A stretch of 64,000 nt of DNA from Paragordius varius (taxonomy: Eukaryota > Animalia > Nematomorpha). This document shows positions 27,561-39,659 of this stretch, one piece after another; position 1 is the stretch's first letter; every line of letters starts with the position of its first letter. The translations under genes and the position numbers were made by a program. The stretch lies in contig OZ176056.1 of NCBI GenBank assembly GCA_964247055.1, forward strand, positions 8,122,001-8,186,000, read 5' to 3'. The notes below the pieces were generated by a model. The model did no database searches, was not told the origin of the DNA, and saw nothing but the letters and a program-made list of their open reading frames with translations.

Positions 27561-29737
27561 TTATTGGGTGTCCATAGCATGTGAAAGAGTATATTCAGAA
27601 TGTTTTCCCTTGTTCTTTTCAGCCTTCTTATTTTGTCCTTTCCGCTCTAAAATTCGTCTACGATCTCGATCCATTTTCAGTTTGACTATAACAACCTAGA
27701 TGATAAATATAATACAGTGTATAATTTTTACAAAAAAAACTAAAATATACTTTTACAAGACAAATTCTACATAAATTTTCCCTATATCCGATGAAAAAGG
27801 ACGTGCTTAAATGTTCTTTTTTTTCAAAGTTTGAACAATAATCAAATTTAACACTTGGATACAACACATTCACTTCAGTCCTTCGATTCGAATTAGGGTT
27901 GTTGGATACCCCAGGCCTGTTTAAAATAAATATTTCAAATTTGCACTTATATAACATTAAGGAACCGTGATGATAAAATTTCAACATTAGCTACATTTAA
28001 AAATAAGACAAAATAAATTACTTTTTCTGATGCTATCAATGTTACATGTGATTTAAATAAAATTAGCTTTAATTTTTAAACCAGATATTTTACAAAAATG
28101 TTGCAAAATAAAAATGGCGTGGAGTAGTTTGATATGGCACTTTTTTCATAAATAGATTTTTTAGAGATAATTATAATTTTAATTGGAATAGAAGCATAAA
28201 TTTAAGGGACCGTATCTTTAAGTAGTTTTTTGAAAATATCAACTTATATAGATTCTAGGATATTTAAATACCCCAATTCAATCAATCGAAGAGTTAATTT
28301 TTACCCTGAACTCTCTGATTCTTAAGTGAAATAACACAGGAATTAACCTTTTTTAAAGTAATTTTATGTATTTCACAAACTCCGAAACCTGAACTCCGAT
28401 AATAATTTTTGTTTTAATAAAAAAACCCTAATTCAAATAAATATAAAGGTGTTTAATGAAACAAAACTATAACTTTTCTTATATAGGGTAGTTTAATACC
28501 CCGGAGCCATTCTAAAATCATAGATTGAAACAAATATTCCTTAGATATCTAAATGCATAATTTAAATACTGCTGCCTTTTTTCACTCTAATTTTTTAATT
28601 CGTTAATACAACAGCTAAAGAGAAGTATTTTATGAGTAAAATAGGAATGATTTATTAATTATAGAAAGTTTTAAAATTATAGTATTTAAGCGGCAACTTT
28701 GGGTATTTATTGATTTTTAAATAGCCTGTTTGTTTAAATCTGGTTTTGTAAATCTTCCAAAATATCGTTTAAAAAACTGTAAAATATATTGTTATTCTAT
28801 CCAAATAGTAGTTTATTTACAAATAAAGTTGTATGGTACAATTAACCCAAATAAAGAAAATATGAAAAGGTAATGATGAAATGTTTTTACAAATTTGCAA
28901 AGGTATAAAATGTTATTAGGTGCGAAGCAAAAAATAAAAGTTGAGTATATCATCCAAAAACTAAAAGTATTAGAATAATGAATATATATGGTTTTTATAA
29001 ATTTTCTGCTTTTAAAATATAAGAACCGCATTTTTATCGCTTAGGTCAAATAAATTTAATTAGAGCATTTTTATCTGTTTATTTAATTTTTTTTCCTGAT
29101 ATGAGACTTTTTGATTTTGCCTAATAATAGAAAAAACATTTATCATTGTGATATTCTTAATTCTGAAACTACCCGATGTACGATTCATTAACCTTTATTT
29201 TTTAATCCCAGTTTTTACCGCAGTGTTATGTAATTAATTTTTAAAGTCCTTATATTAATTTTATATTAAAACTAAAATATTTTTATTCAAAATTGATCAT
29301 AATTCAATATATAAAATAAATAAAAAAAGTCTTATAGTTTTATCTTTAATTTAAATTATATTTATTTTATTTTAAAAAACCTTGGATGGATGAATTCCAA
29401 CAAAAACTGTGGCTCCATTTGCTTTTTCACGTTGAATACGTTCAATGTGAATAACATACTTTTTTCGATAACACTGAACAACTTTCCCAACACTTTGGCT
29501 TTTAAAATGTCCTCTAACAACCTATAGAAAACAAAATAAATAAAAAGAAATAAAAAATAAGATACAAACCTGGACTTCATCGTCTTTTTTGATAGGAATA
29601 CTTCGGACACCATATTTGGTCCTTAAATCTTTGGATAATGGTGCACTCATAATAATCCTTCTAATATGGGACGGGGCATTAAAATGTCTTTTGCGATTTT
29701 TTCGCCGAGAGCTGCTAACAAATGGGTTACGCTTCAT
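27561..29737 (-). CDS. RPL26: 60S ribosomal protein L26 (uL24), 3 exons, 147 aa
   Basis: Exons 29737-29570, 29521-29381, 27695-27561. Protein [29 protein letters not shown]|VVRGHFK..VGIHPSK|[19 protein letters not shown]. Introns 48 and 1685 nt. Confidence 0.96.
27852..28293 (+). mobile_element. Family D piggyBac-like element in RPL26 intron 2
   Basis: TTAA-CACTTGGATAC start and GAAGAG-TTAA end; internally deleted. Confidence 0.8.
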
Positions 29738-29760
29738 ATGGAGTGGAGGAAAGTGAGGGT
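29738..29760 (-). promoter_or_regulatory. Pyrimidine tract directly 5' of the RPL26 ATG (5'TOP/TCT-initiator-like)
   Basis: Minus strand ACCCTCACTTTCCTCCACTCCAT-ATG. C-rich in an AT-rich context, with no AG between tract and ATG, so not a splice acceptor. Confidence 0.55.
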
Positions 29761-29817
29761 ATAACTAATAAATGTAATATCGTATGACCAATTAACATAC
29801 GTAATACATGTTTTTAA

Positions 29818-30362
29818 CACAGATACAAATTCATTTTAGTCCTTTAAGTCAAATAGGGGTAGTCAAATACCCCAAGCCTGTTTAAAATTAAATTCTTCAA
29901 AAAATATCAAAGGAATTGAAACCATGGCAAAATTTGCACTTATATAACATTTATGAACCGAAATATACAAAAAATCATTCAAAAATACTTGATATTACTT
30001 ATTATAAGGTAAAACTTTTAAGGTAAAAATTTAGTCAACCTGGTATGTGTACATTAGCAAAATACAAAAATTATACAAAATAAAACACTTTTTCCGTTTC
30101 TATTAATTTTAGGTATGATTTGAATAAAAAATTAGTCTTAATTTTAGCTTTTAAATCATATAAAAATATTTTGAATAAATGCTGTAAAATAAAAATGGCG
30201 GTGAAATAGTTTGATATGGAATTTTTTTTAAAATTAAATTTTATTAAGGATTTTCGGCGTCTTTATATAATTTTCTGGATAGTAGAGATATATCTAAATT
30301 AGGACTGTTTCTGTCAATAGTTTTAAAATATAAAATTATATACCCCAATTTGAATCGAAGTG
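29818..30362 (+). mobile_element. Family D piggyBac-like element upstream of RPL26
   Basis: TTAA-CAC start and GAATCGAAGTG-TTAA end. Confidence 0.8.
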
Positions 30363-30965
30363 TTAAACATTTGATTATTATTTTACATTGAAATACTTAT
30401 TCTCACAACATAAAGCAAAAAAATAATATATTAAAAGGTTTAAATTCAATTATTATCTAAGCCTATATTCTATATCAGATAAAAAAACTTGGACTAGTTT
30501 TATTATATAGCTATGGCAAAACAAGGAACTATAAAAATTAGTTGGTGGTAAATATTATGGCTAAAAAATATAGATTACGAATTAAAAAAGCTTTTAATCA
30601 CAATTTTAAATATATATTTTTTAAATAGAGGTTCCTTTCAAAAAATATCACTATAATATATATCATAAACGACATATTTATATAGCAAAACAATATTTTT
30701 AAAAAATATTTAAATATAGCCCCCGAAAGTCACAGTTTTTTTTCGCTAAAATAAGTTAGCCTTTATAATAAACCCAAAATGCCGATTGCGAAAATTTTAT
30801 TGTAATTTGATATCTTTTAAATACTTTTTAAAAATAAATATTTCTTAAAAATTTAAATTTTAGCATTTTATTGAAGCCTGCCTGATATTTTTTGAAGTCA
30901 TGACGGAAATGATTTTAAAACTCTTTAAAATATTATAAAAACTCTCTTTCTATATGCTTCGATAA

Positions 30966-32250
30966 CACTGTGCAACAAAATATGGGGTTAATTTTATGGA
31001 CTCAATTTTCTAAATATTTTCTGATTCCTTATAGTATTGTGATCAGATTTGCGTAAAAAATTTTTTTACTTTCCCATCTCGTTTTCGAGATATGGGACTT
31101 TTTCCATATTTGGACATATCCAAAATTTTCTTGTTTGTAAATATTTTTCGCTATGTAAACGAATAATATGTGGCTTACATAAGTATTTTTACAAGAAATT
31201 ACCAATTTATCTTCAAAATAAAAAAAAAATTTACTTAAAATATCCATTACTTTTTGTTTTAGGGGGCAAAAACCCTCAAAGATTGGGTAACTTAACATTT
31301 TTTCACACAAATATTTTTTAGCAATTTATTAAATCAAAACGAACTTTATTATATGTTCTTGGATGTTGATAATGTTTGTTTAAATATAAATATCACTTTG
31401 TAATAGCTTTGTGGACTTTTATTTTTAAAAATAAATTTAATTTTTACAGCTTTTTTGTTGCTTTTTTTATGTATAAAATAATTTAATTTAGTCAGCTGTA
31501 AATACTAATTTCATTTTTTCATCTGAAATTTTTAAATTTTGACCATATATGGTGGCAGATATGTTAATTCGTTTGCTTCATTTTTAAATATTTTAAAATA
31601 ATATAAAATGGACAATGATTCTTATATAAATTTGTGATTGAATTCTGAATCGGAAAAATCGTCTGCCTTTTAGATAAGAGAAGAAAACACCTTGATACCA
31701 TCAAATACATTATATATATATATATATATATATACTTTAGGGATATGGATGATTCCCTCTTTGTCAAGAGTGCAATCTAAAGAAGCTTATTACCCTTATG
31801 AAGTTTACGATACTCGGAAATGAATTCTTTTGTAAAAAAGTTTAATCACCCATAAAATTTCAGTTGTTTAGGGAACAGGTATGCCACAGGGAAATCAAAG
31901 GAAAGCACCCTCATATACTAAATTATATTTTCAATAATTTTAACCATATATTCTTAAAAATTTTATTTGGGTTATCATCTCTTCAGTTAAATTATTTTTT
32001 GTCGTTAACGTTTCATTTAATTTAAACTATTGTCGCTTATCAACAACTCTAATCAACCTTTGTTTTTTGCTGATATATGTTTAAGCATAAATTTAAGTTA
32101 ATGATATTTTACCCCAACCTGTTGGGATCTATATTTAACTGATTTGTTTATTCCACCTAGACAATGTATGACATCGCCCAAGTATTTAAAATTATTTACC
32201 AATTCAATTTTGGCGTCTGCCACATAAAAGTAGTTTATTAATAGGTAGTT
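30966..32250. repeat. Left arm of long near-perfect inverted repeat (partner 33983-35248)
   Basis: Reverse complement of the right arm with only scattered substitutions, homopolymer and (TA)n length differences, and a divergent few tens of terminal bases. Confidence 0.95.
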
Positions 32251-32270
32251 CACCATCTCCAACCATTCAT

Positions 32271-33694
32271 ATGGATTTATTTAATATGATGGATGATACT
32301 GATTTGGAGTTTTATCAGCAAGATATAAAGGATACTAATAAATTAAGTGGCACTGAGGTGATATCCCTAATCAAAAAGTTGCATCTCTCAAAACGGTATT
32401 TTTAGAAAAAATAATAGATTTGCGCATTTTATAATTTATTTTAATTTTCTTAAGCTGAAATGCGTTAAATATATAAGTTAAATTTTGTATTTATCTTTGA
32501 ATACGCTAAACATTTTTTTAATATATTATTATATTAGGTCGACCGAACTTATGGTGAGGACTCTTAATCGAAAGAATTTAACTGACATCAATATAACCAG
32601 TTTTCGGAATAGAGGAATAAATTTCCGAAAATATTTTTCCGAAAACAGTATTTATCATGGTGTCATGATATAATTGGCTTAATGCAGGAAATGAATTATC
32701 CATATGATTCATCACAATGGGTATTATTTCTAGACGCTTCTCAGGTATATAATATTTTACATCTTTAGGAAAGTTTGAAGGCATTTTTATTGGACCGTGC
32801 CGGAGAGCACAGGCCAATATTAATAACATTCAGCCGAGTTTATAGGGAAACCTATGATAATTTTGAAAATATTTTGCAACTCCTCCGATACAACTTCCAT
32901 TATTGGCATGTAACAGGGGATTATAAAGTTTCTAAAATTCTAATATTTTTATAGGTCATGGGACTGCTTTACGGAATACAGAAAGGATTTCCTAAATTCT
33001 TTTGTCCTTTGTGTGAGTGGGACTCGCGGGACATCGATAACCATTACACAAAAAAAATTAGCCCGCCAGAACTTATGAAGTTGGGCCCAAGAATCAGACT
33101 AATTCTCCATTAATATCAGCTAACAAATTTGTTTTGCCGCCATTGCACACACTGCTTGGATTGGCCAAAACATTTTTGTGCAGTCTCGATAAAAATGGCG
33201 AAGTTTGGGCCCATTACTTCAGGAAGTTCAGGATGACGCCTGCCAAAATTAACGCCGCAGTTTTGATAGGGCCGCAGGTATTATACTTTTAATTTTAGGT
33301 TACGAATCTTTTCAATGATGTTATGTTTAAATCTAAAATGCAACCCAAAGAAAAAGCGGCATGGGTTGCATTGCGAACTTTTTCTCAAAATTTTTTGGGA
33401 AATACAAAAATAAGAACCATCTGGAATTAGGCAATCGTTTAATCGATTCTTTCAATAGGATGGGTATGTATGTTATAATACATTTGTTTTTTAAACATTT
33501 ATATTAATTTTTATCCTATAGGATGCCGCATGAGTCTAAAGCTCCATATGGTGGATTCCCATCTACATTTTTTTCCAAAAGGCTCAATTAGTGACCAAAG
33601 AGGAGAAAAGGGTCACCAGCTTTTGAAACCCTTCGAAAAAACCTATCGAAACAATATAAATTTGATTTGCGATTATATATATATGAATAAATAA
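32271..33694 (+). pseudogene. Chapaev3-type DDE transposase, N-terminally truncated, 5 introns, three -1 frameshifts and a probable TGG-to-TAG change
   Basis: Motifs KLHLSKR|STELM, QWVLFLDASQ|ESLKAFL, WHVTGDYK|VMGLLYG, FCPLCEWDSR, VLPPLHTLLG, LIGPQ|V, EKAAW, G|CRMSLKLH..SH, SDQRGEKGHQ. Introns 32396-32537, 32745-32768, 32928-32954, 33278-33298, 33464-33521. Confidence 0.85.
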
Positions 33695-33979
33695 ATTATT
33701 ATTTTATTTTTTCTACACCTAATTTACTTTATTATTCTAGATTAGATTATCCGTGTCTTAAAATTTTTTGACCAAAATATATTCTAAATATTCACTCTAA
33801 TAACTGATTATAATTAGGATTTGCATATAGTTCAATATAATATGATGAAATTATTTATTAATGGTATATTTTATTAGGCATATTCTTCAATTTTCTCTGC
33901 ACAGTCGTCCATATTGAAAGCTAATCTATTAGCTGATGTGATATACAAATTGTTGCGATTGGGTACTTTGTCATGATAA

Positions 33980-34480
33980 TATAACTACCTATTAATAAAA
34001 TACTTTTATGTGGCAGACGCCAAAATTGAATTGGTAAATAATTTTAAATACTTGGGCGATGTCATACATTGTCTAGGTGGAATAAACAAATCAGTTAAAT
34101 ATAGATCCCAACAGGTTGGGGTAAAATATCATTAACTTAAATTTATGCTTAAACATATATCAGCAAAAAACAAAGGTTGATTAGAGTTGTTGATAAGCGA
34201 CAATAGTTTAAATTAAATGAAACGTTAACGACAAAAAATAATTTAACTGAAGAGATGATAACCCAAATAAAATTTTTAAGAATATATGGTTAATATTATT
34301 GAAAATATAATTTAGTATATGAGGGTGCTTTCCTTTGATTTCCCTGTGGCATACCTGTTCCCTAAACAACTGAAATTTTATGGGTGATTAAACTTTTTTA
34401 CAAAAGAATTCATTTCCGAGTATCGTAAACTTCATAAGGGTAATAAGCTTCTTTAGATTGCACTCTTGACAAAGAGGGAA
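33980..34480 (+). pseudogene. Decayed non-LTR retrotransposon (RTE-like) C-terminal fragment; inverted copy at about 31755-32250
   Basis: Translation YVADAKIELVNNFKYLGDVIHCLGGINKSVKYR..KG..KQLKFYG resembles the post-RT IExVxxFKYLG...RLRWFGHV region; many stops. Confidence 0.55.
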
Positions 34481-35248
34481 TCATCCATATCCCTAAAGTA
34501 TATATATATATATAATGTATTTGATGGTATCAAGGTGTTTTCTTCTCTTATCTAAAAGGCAGACGATTTTTCCGATTCAGAATTCAATCACAAATTTATA
34601 TAAGAATCATTGTCCATTTTATATTATTTTAAAATATTTAAAAATGAAGCAAACGAATCAACATATCTGCCACCATATATGGTCAAAATTTAAAAATTTC
34701 AGATGAAAAAATGAAATTAGTATTTACAGCTGACTAAATTAAATTTTTTTTTACATAAAAAAAGCAACAAAAAAGCTGTAAAAATTAAATTTATTTTTAA
34801 AAATAAAAGTCCACAAAGCTATTACAAAGTGATATTTATATTTAAACAAACATTATCAACATCCAAGAACATATAATAAAGTTTGTTTTGATTTAATAAA
34901 TTGATAAAAAATATTTGTGTGAAAAAATGTTAAGTTACCCAATTTTTGAGGGTTTTTGCCCCCTAAAACAAAAAGTAATGGATATTTTAAGTAAATTTTT
35001 TTTTTATTTTGAAGATAAATTGGTAATTTCTTGTAAAAATACTTATGTAAGCCACATATTATTCGTTTACATAGCGAAAAATATTTACAAACAAGAAAAT
35101 TTTGAATATGTCCAAATATGGAAAAAGTCCCATATCTCGAAAACGAGCTGGGAAAGTAAAAAAAATTTTTACGCAAATCTGATCACAATACTATAAGAAA
35201 TCAGAAAATATTTAGAAAATCGAGTCCAGAAAAAGTTGTGTCACAGTG
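33983..35248. repeat. Right arm of long inverted repeat
   Basis: See left arm; the ORF track reports mirror-image ORFs (31029/34915, 31049/34856, 31564/34515). Confidence 0.95.
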
Positions 35249-37182
35249 TAATGCTGAACAATTCTATTACCTCAAAGTTTTAATTTAATTTTGTTATAAA
35301 TTTTGGTGAATTTTCGTAAAATAAAAATAATATGTATTGAACAACTGTTATTACAAAACATAACCAATCCGTTATTTACCATTACAAAATATTAAAAGTA
35401 TTGAAAATATTTTAATCGGAATTCTGAAGATTAAATTATATAAAAGTTTATACTATTTTTAAGGGTTTTAAAACCGTTTCTCATGGCCTAGGATAGTACG
35501 AAATGCGCTTTAACAAAATTTTCCTAAAAATTAGAAAAAATGTATGCATTTAAAATAATATTTTTAACATATATTTTAATTTTTATCGTGAAATACCGGC
35601 ATTTTTGCCTTTATTTTAACAAAACTAACCCATTTCAAAAAGAATAAAAATTGGGACTTTAAAATTTAATTTTTTGTTTTTATTAGCTTGTGATATATTT
35701 TTGTGATAGATTTTCCAATAAAGCCTTAGATTTTACCAAACTTTAATTATGCAAAAATTCATTTTCTGATATGGAGAACTTTCCACAAAAGTGTTAACCA
35801 ATTTAAATACTCGTAAAGGCTAGATCCAAAAGCAAAATTATAATCCTCATTAATTTTTATATCTGAATATATATTTCATTTGGTTTTAATAACACGACGC
35901 AGTGGAATTTGACTAATTTAATAACGATTAATAAAATTGACGAAAATTTTGAGATGAGGATAATCACTTATGAGCAAAATCTAAAGCTTAAGCACCATGA
36001 TAGTTTTGATACTTTTGCTGTAATTATTTTTTATAATCCCAATTCAATCGCAGTTTATGTATATTATGGTTATTGTTTGGAGTGAAGTTTTCCAAATTAA
36101 ATCCCCCTTGAAATGGCTTTCTCGACAATCGGAATCGAATTTTAGGAATACACTCATTCAAATTTATTTATTTAGAACTATGAATAGAGAATGATATAGT
36201 CTTTTTTTTATTTAACCCTTTAATTTATTCATATCAGTCTGAAAATAGGGTTTTTTATCCTACAATAGTTTTGTAAAAGATTCAACCTAACTAATATGCG
36301 CATATATATGTGTATTGTACCAATTTTTATTGTTTTCTCTTACTAGCTTTCGGGATAAAAAAATTGGAGATTGCACTAAAGACAAACTCAAAATGTTAAT
36401 CCAAGCTGTCTATTTTTTTTATTAATTTTCGTTAAAAATTTTTTATCTGACTCAAACTTTGAAAATTAATAGATATTAGAAAAATAATGTAAAAGCGTCC
36501 AATATATAGCGGAAACTTTTTCAAATTAAAATAATAATATATGAAATATAGTGAGTTAAATGGGGGTTTTAAGTCGTATTATGAAAGCATTGATTCCAAA
36601 AATACCGATTTATTATTTTAAACCCTTAATACTCCATGATATAATGGTTGTATGTCATTTTCAGATAAAAGCAACATTTTTTCATTAAAACATTACATTT
36701 TTTCAATCAAACACAATAAGTTACCATTTCTTGTTGCCTTTGACTGAAAAATGGTAATTTTTATTTTATAACTTTGATCAGGTTGCTTTTTCACAAATTT
36801 TTTCGCCCAATGATCGGAGGATTTTAAGTTTTGCGTCTAAATTTTCGGCGTTGACGATTAAAGCATATCAGAAATTTTTATCCAGTGTATAGACTCCTAG
36901 ACAAAAAATTAGAATTTATTAAATGTTTTGAAACTCACTCTTTCTCTGAAGATAGTAAAACATGTAATATGCAGCTAAAACAGGAGCTCATTTATTCCGT
37001 TTACCTTCATTTAAAACTCGGTTACATTAATCGATACAACAGGGTTTTTTATAATTTTGAAACCCGTAGGATGATCAAACGATATAGATCCATTTTAAGC
37101 TATCATTCCTCATGTTTAAAAGAATAATACTGAAAATGTTGACGATTCCATAATGATATATAGATTAAAAAAATCTCTAACA

Positions 37183-37356
37183 CAGGGATGTCCAACACGC
37201 TTTTTTCGGTATACAAGTACTCTAAAATGTTTAAAAAAATTGGATATTGATAAAAAATTTTCGATTTTGAAAATATATCATCTATTGGCTCTAAAGTCAT
37301 AAAAAAACCAAAAATTATCCATGCTTTTGCGAAAATATTTGTGTTGGACACCCCAG
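37183..37356. mobile_element. Family G hAT-Charlie-type MITE
   Basis: CAGGGATGTCCAACAC...GTGTTGGACACCCCAG with degenerate 8-bp TSD. Relatives at 19294-19542, about 20200-20295, about 25340-25660, 48747-48959. Confidence 0.7.
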
Positions 37357-37573
37357 CTCTTAGAAGTTTGATTATATGACAACTGTTGGAACAATTTTTA
37401 ATATGAATACTTAAATTATTGATTTTATATTTATTATTTATTGACAATTTGGTTAACAAAGCCCATACAAAAAAAACACTTTTGACAACAACCATATCTA
37501 AATTATTTATTTCGGAAAACTTACCATAAAATCAAAGAAAACAATAAGCAAACATTTCAAGGATTAACCATTA

Positions 37574-37789
37574 TTATGCGTCTGGGTGAGGACGTAACCC
37601 GCTTTCAATAACTTTCTTGAAATGTAATTCCTCACACAATATTTTTGAGACCCCAGAATGGATTGAAGTTGTTTCAATGGATAAATTTTCTTGAGAATTC
37701 TGGGATAGGTGATAAGCCTTTGTAAGACCAAAAATACCAAACAGTAAAAACATCCATAAATAAAATTCTTTTGACATCATAATGAACAT
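37574..37789 (-). CDS. Candidate small secreted protein or orphan first exon (unrecognised)
   Basis: 71-aa ORF with hydrophobic signal-peptide-like N-terminus (FYLWMFLLFGIFGLTKA) and raised GC; no family recognised. Confidence 0.25.
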   Translation of the reverse strand: MFIMMSKEFYLWMFLLFGIFGLTKAYHLSQNSQENLSIETTSIHSGVSKILCEELHFKKVIESGLRPHPDA

Positions 37790-39659
37790 AAAATAATGTA
37801 AAAAAATTAATGAATTTAAACAAAATTACAAAACCACCTCTTTTATACTCTGTGGACATGGTGCAAATTTTGAATAAATTAACTTTTAAGAAAAGGGTTG
37901 ATTCAAAATAATTTATGATGACAATTATTCCATAATAAAATAAAAGTGTCAACTACACTAGTAAAAAATGGTAGGCATCTCATCTTATTATTTTTATTTT
38001 TTTTGTCAAACTCGTAAATTTCATTCAGATTATACTATTTTTGTCATAATGAAATAACACAAATTTGTTATGTATTTAAGTAAATATGGGAACTGAGGTC
38101 TTTGCAAACAAGTTATTTTAGAATAACAAAAGGTTTCTCTAAGTTATTATATATTTATACTAATATACAGTATGGTAATAAGTATACATTGCTAGAAAGT
38201 TATTAATTATTGCCAAATAGCACATACAACAAAGGGCAGTATTATTGGCTTTATAACATTTTATTATTATATGTCAAATAATAATTCTCTCTGATGCATA
38301 TGCAAGTTGACAATTATTAATACCTTTCTAGCAATATATACTTACTAATTCTGTATAGAAGTGTTTTAAAATTATATTTATGGATATTTTCATATTCCTT
38401 GTGGAAAAAATATATGGCTCATTACATAGTTCACAGAATCCAGTGTCCAAGGTGCTTTAAGTTTTGAGGTTTAGGATTCATTCATTAAAGGTTTTCTCTT
38501 TTGCAATGAATGTTTCGATATCGAAAAGGCATAAAATTAGCGCACATTATATCCAGTTTTTTATGATAACCCATTTATTGTTTTAAAAACCCATTTTATG
38601 CAATAAGGGCCTAACCTTAGAGAGAAAAGACTTTATATATAGCCTATTACAAAAAAAATAAATAAATTCCTAATTCGCCTACTTTTTCGCAAGATTTAAA
38701 TCCAATATTTGTTGAAAATCCCATTTTTTAGGGAGGATTGGCTAGACTGAGGGGCACAAAAAATGGTTTAGTAATCCTCGGGACATCAATAAAAAATTTA
38801 TTATTAAATTCAAATCAGACTACATTTTTTTGTAACATTGTTCAAAGATAATAAAAGAGCATACTAGTCCGGGGCATATATAAAAAATTTTTAAAACCTT
38901 GAATGATTCTACACGCTTAAATTGTTTTTTAAACACCATGTTCTACTCTTTTATATGGATTATTTCCAATTTTAGTGATTTACCTAAAATTTATGGGCTC
39001 AATAGGTTTCAGTATCACTTTGTTACCTTTTTGGCATATCAAAATTGTTTTATTTGGACAACTGAATTCGTAATTAATTATATAAAAGATGTATTTTTAA
39101 AATAAATATAGTTATATTATTAATCTCAGCAATATATAAAAAATATAGCTATTATCAGTGCGATATGATCGCTTAAATTCAACTAAAAAAGTGAAAATGA
39201 CAAACTTATATAAAGTTCAATATATTTTTATAATAGACTAAAAACTAATAAATTGCCCTGGGGATTTATACGATATTAATATATACGCAAGTAATTAAAG
39301 AAACATTCGTTTATGTTACGCGCCACGATTGAAAATGAAAATTTAACCCTCAAGATTATTCAACATATCATATATTTTGTTTAACTGTAATTTACATTTT
39401 CTTCCTAACTAATTAAAATACGATCGAATCGTTCGCAAGCACTTCTTTGAACAAATCATTGAGTTTTTAAACTGTAACATTTTCTAAGGCAAAGACTCAC
39501 ATATAATAATATAATATATCTAATTGGAAAGAGTTATGTAATTTACCATAGTTTTATATATACATTATATTTTTTAAGAGCAGATCGTAATTGTTTAAAC
39601 TGTATCACAAAGTATATAGTTCAGTTGCATATGTAATTAAAATCAATCAAAGTCATTTA

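Larger units (their letters stand above)
30966..35248. mobile_element. Chapaev3-like (CMC superfamily) DNA transposon with about 1.27-kb inverted arms
   Basis: CACTGTG...CACAGTG termini, 3-bp TAA flanks on both sides, central decayed transposase. Confidence 0.85.

Noticed and set aside
27696-29380. snoRNA in the RPL26 intron
   Set aside because: No paired C and D boxes with a terminal stem seen on the sense strand; H/ACA RNAs cannot be judged by eye
30966-35248. CACAGTG/CACTGTG termini as RAG recombination signals or a Transib/ProtoRAG element
   Set aside because: No nonamer at 12/23 spacing, a 3-bp rather than 5-bp TSD, and the transposase motifs fit Chapaev3
36885-37789. Faint resemblance to PIG-X (TCNMQLKQEL, + strand) or acid lipase (CEE..SGYVL, - strand)
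   Set aside because: Matches are short, on opposite strands, need frameshifts, and no downstream family motifs were found
38390-38800. Coding-like stretch with scattered stops (similar one at 60200-61100)
   Set aside because: Probably decayed retroelement sequence, but I could not recognise any diagnostic motif
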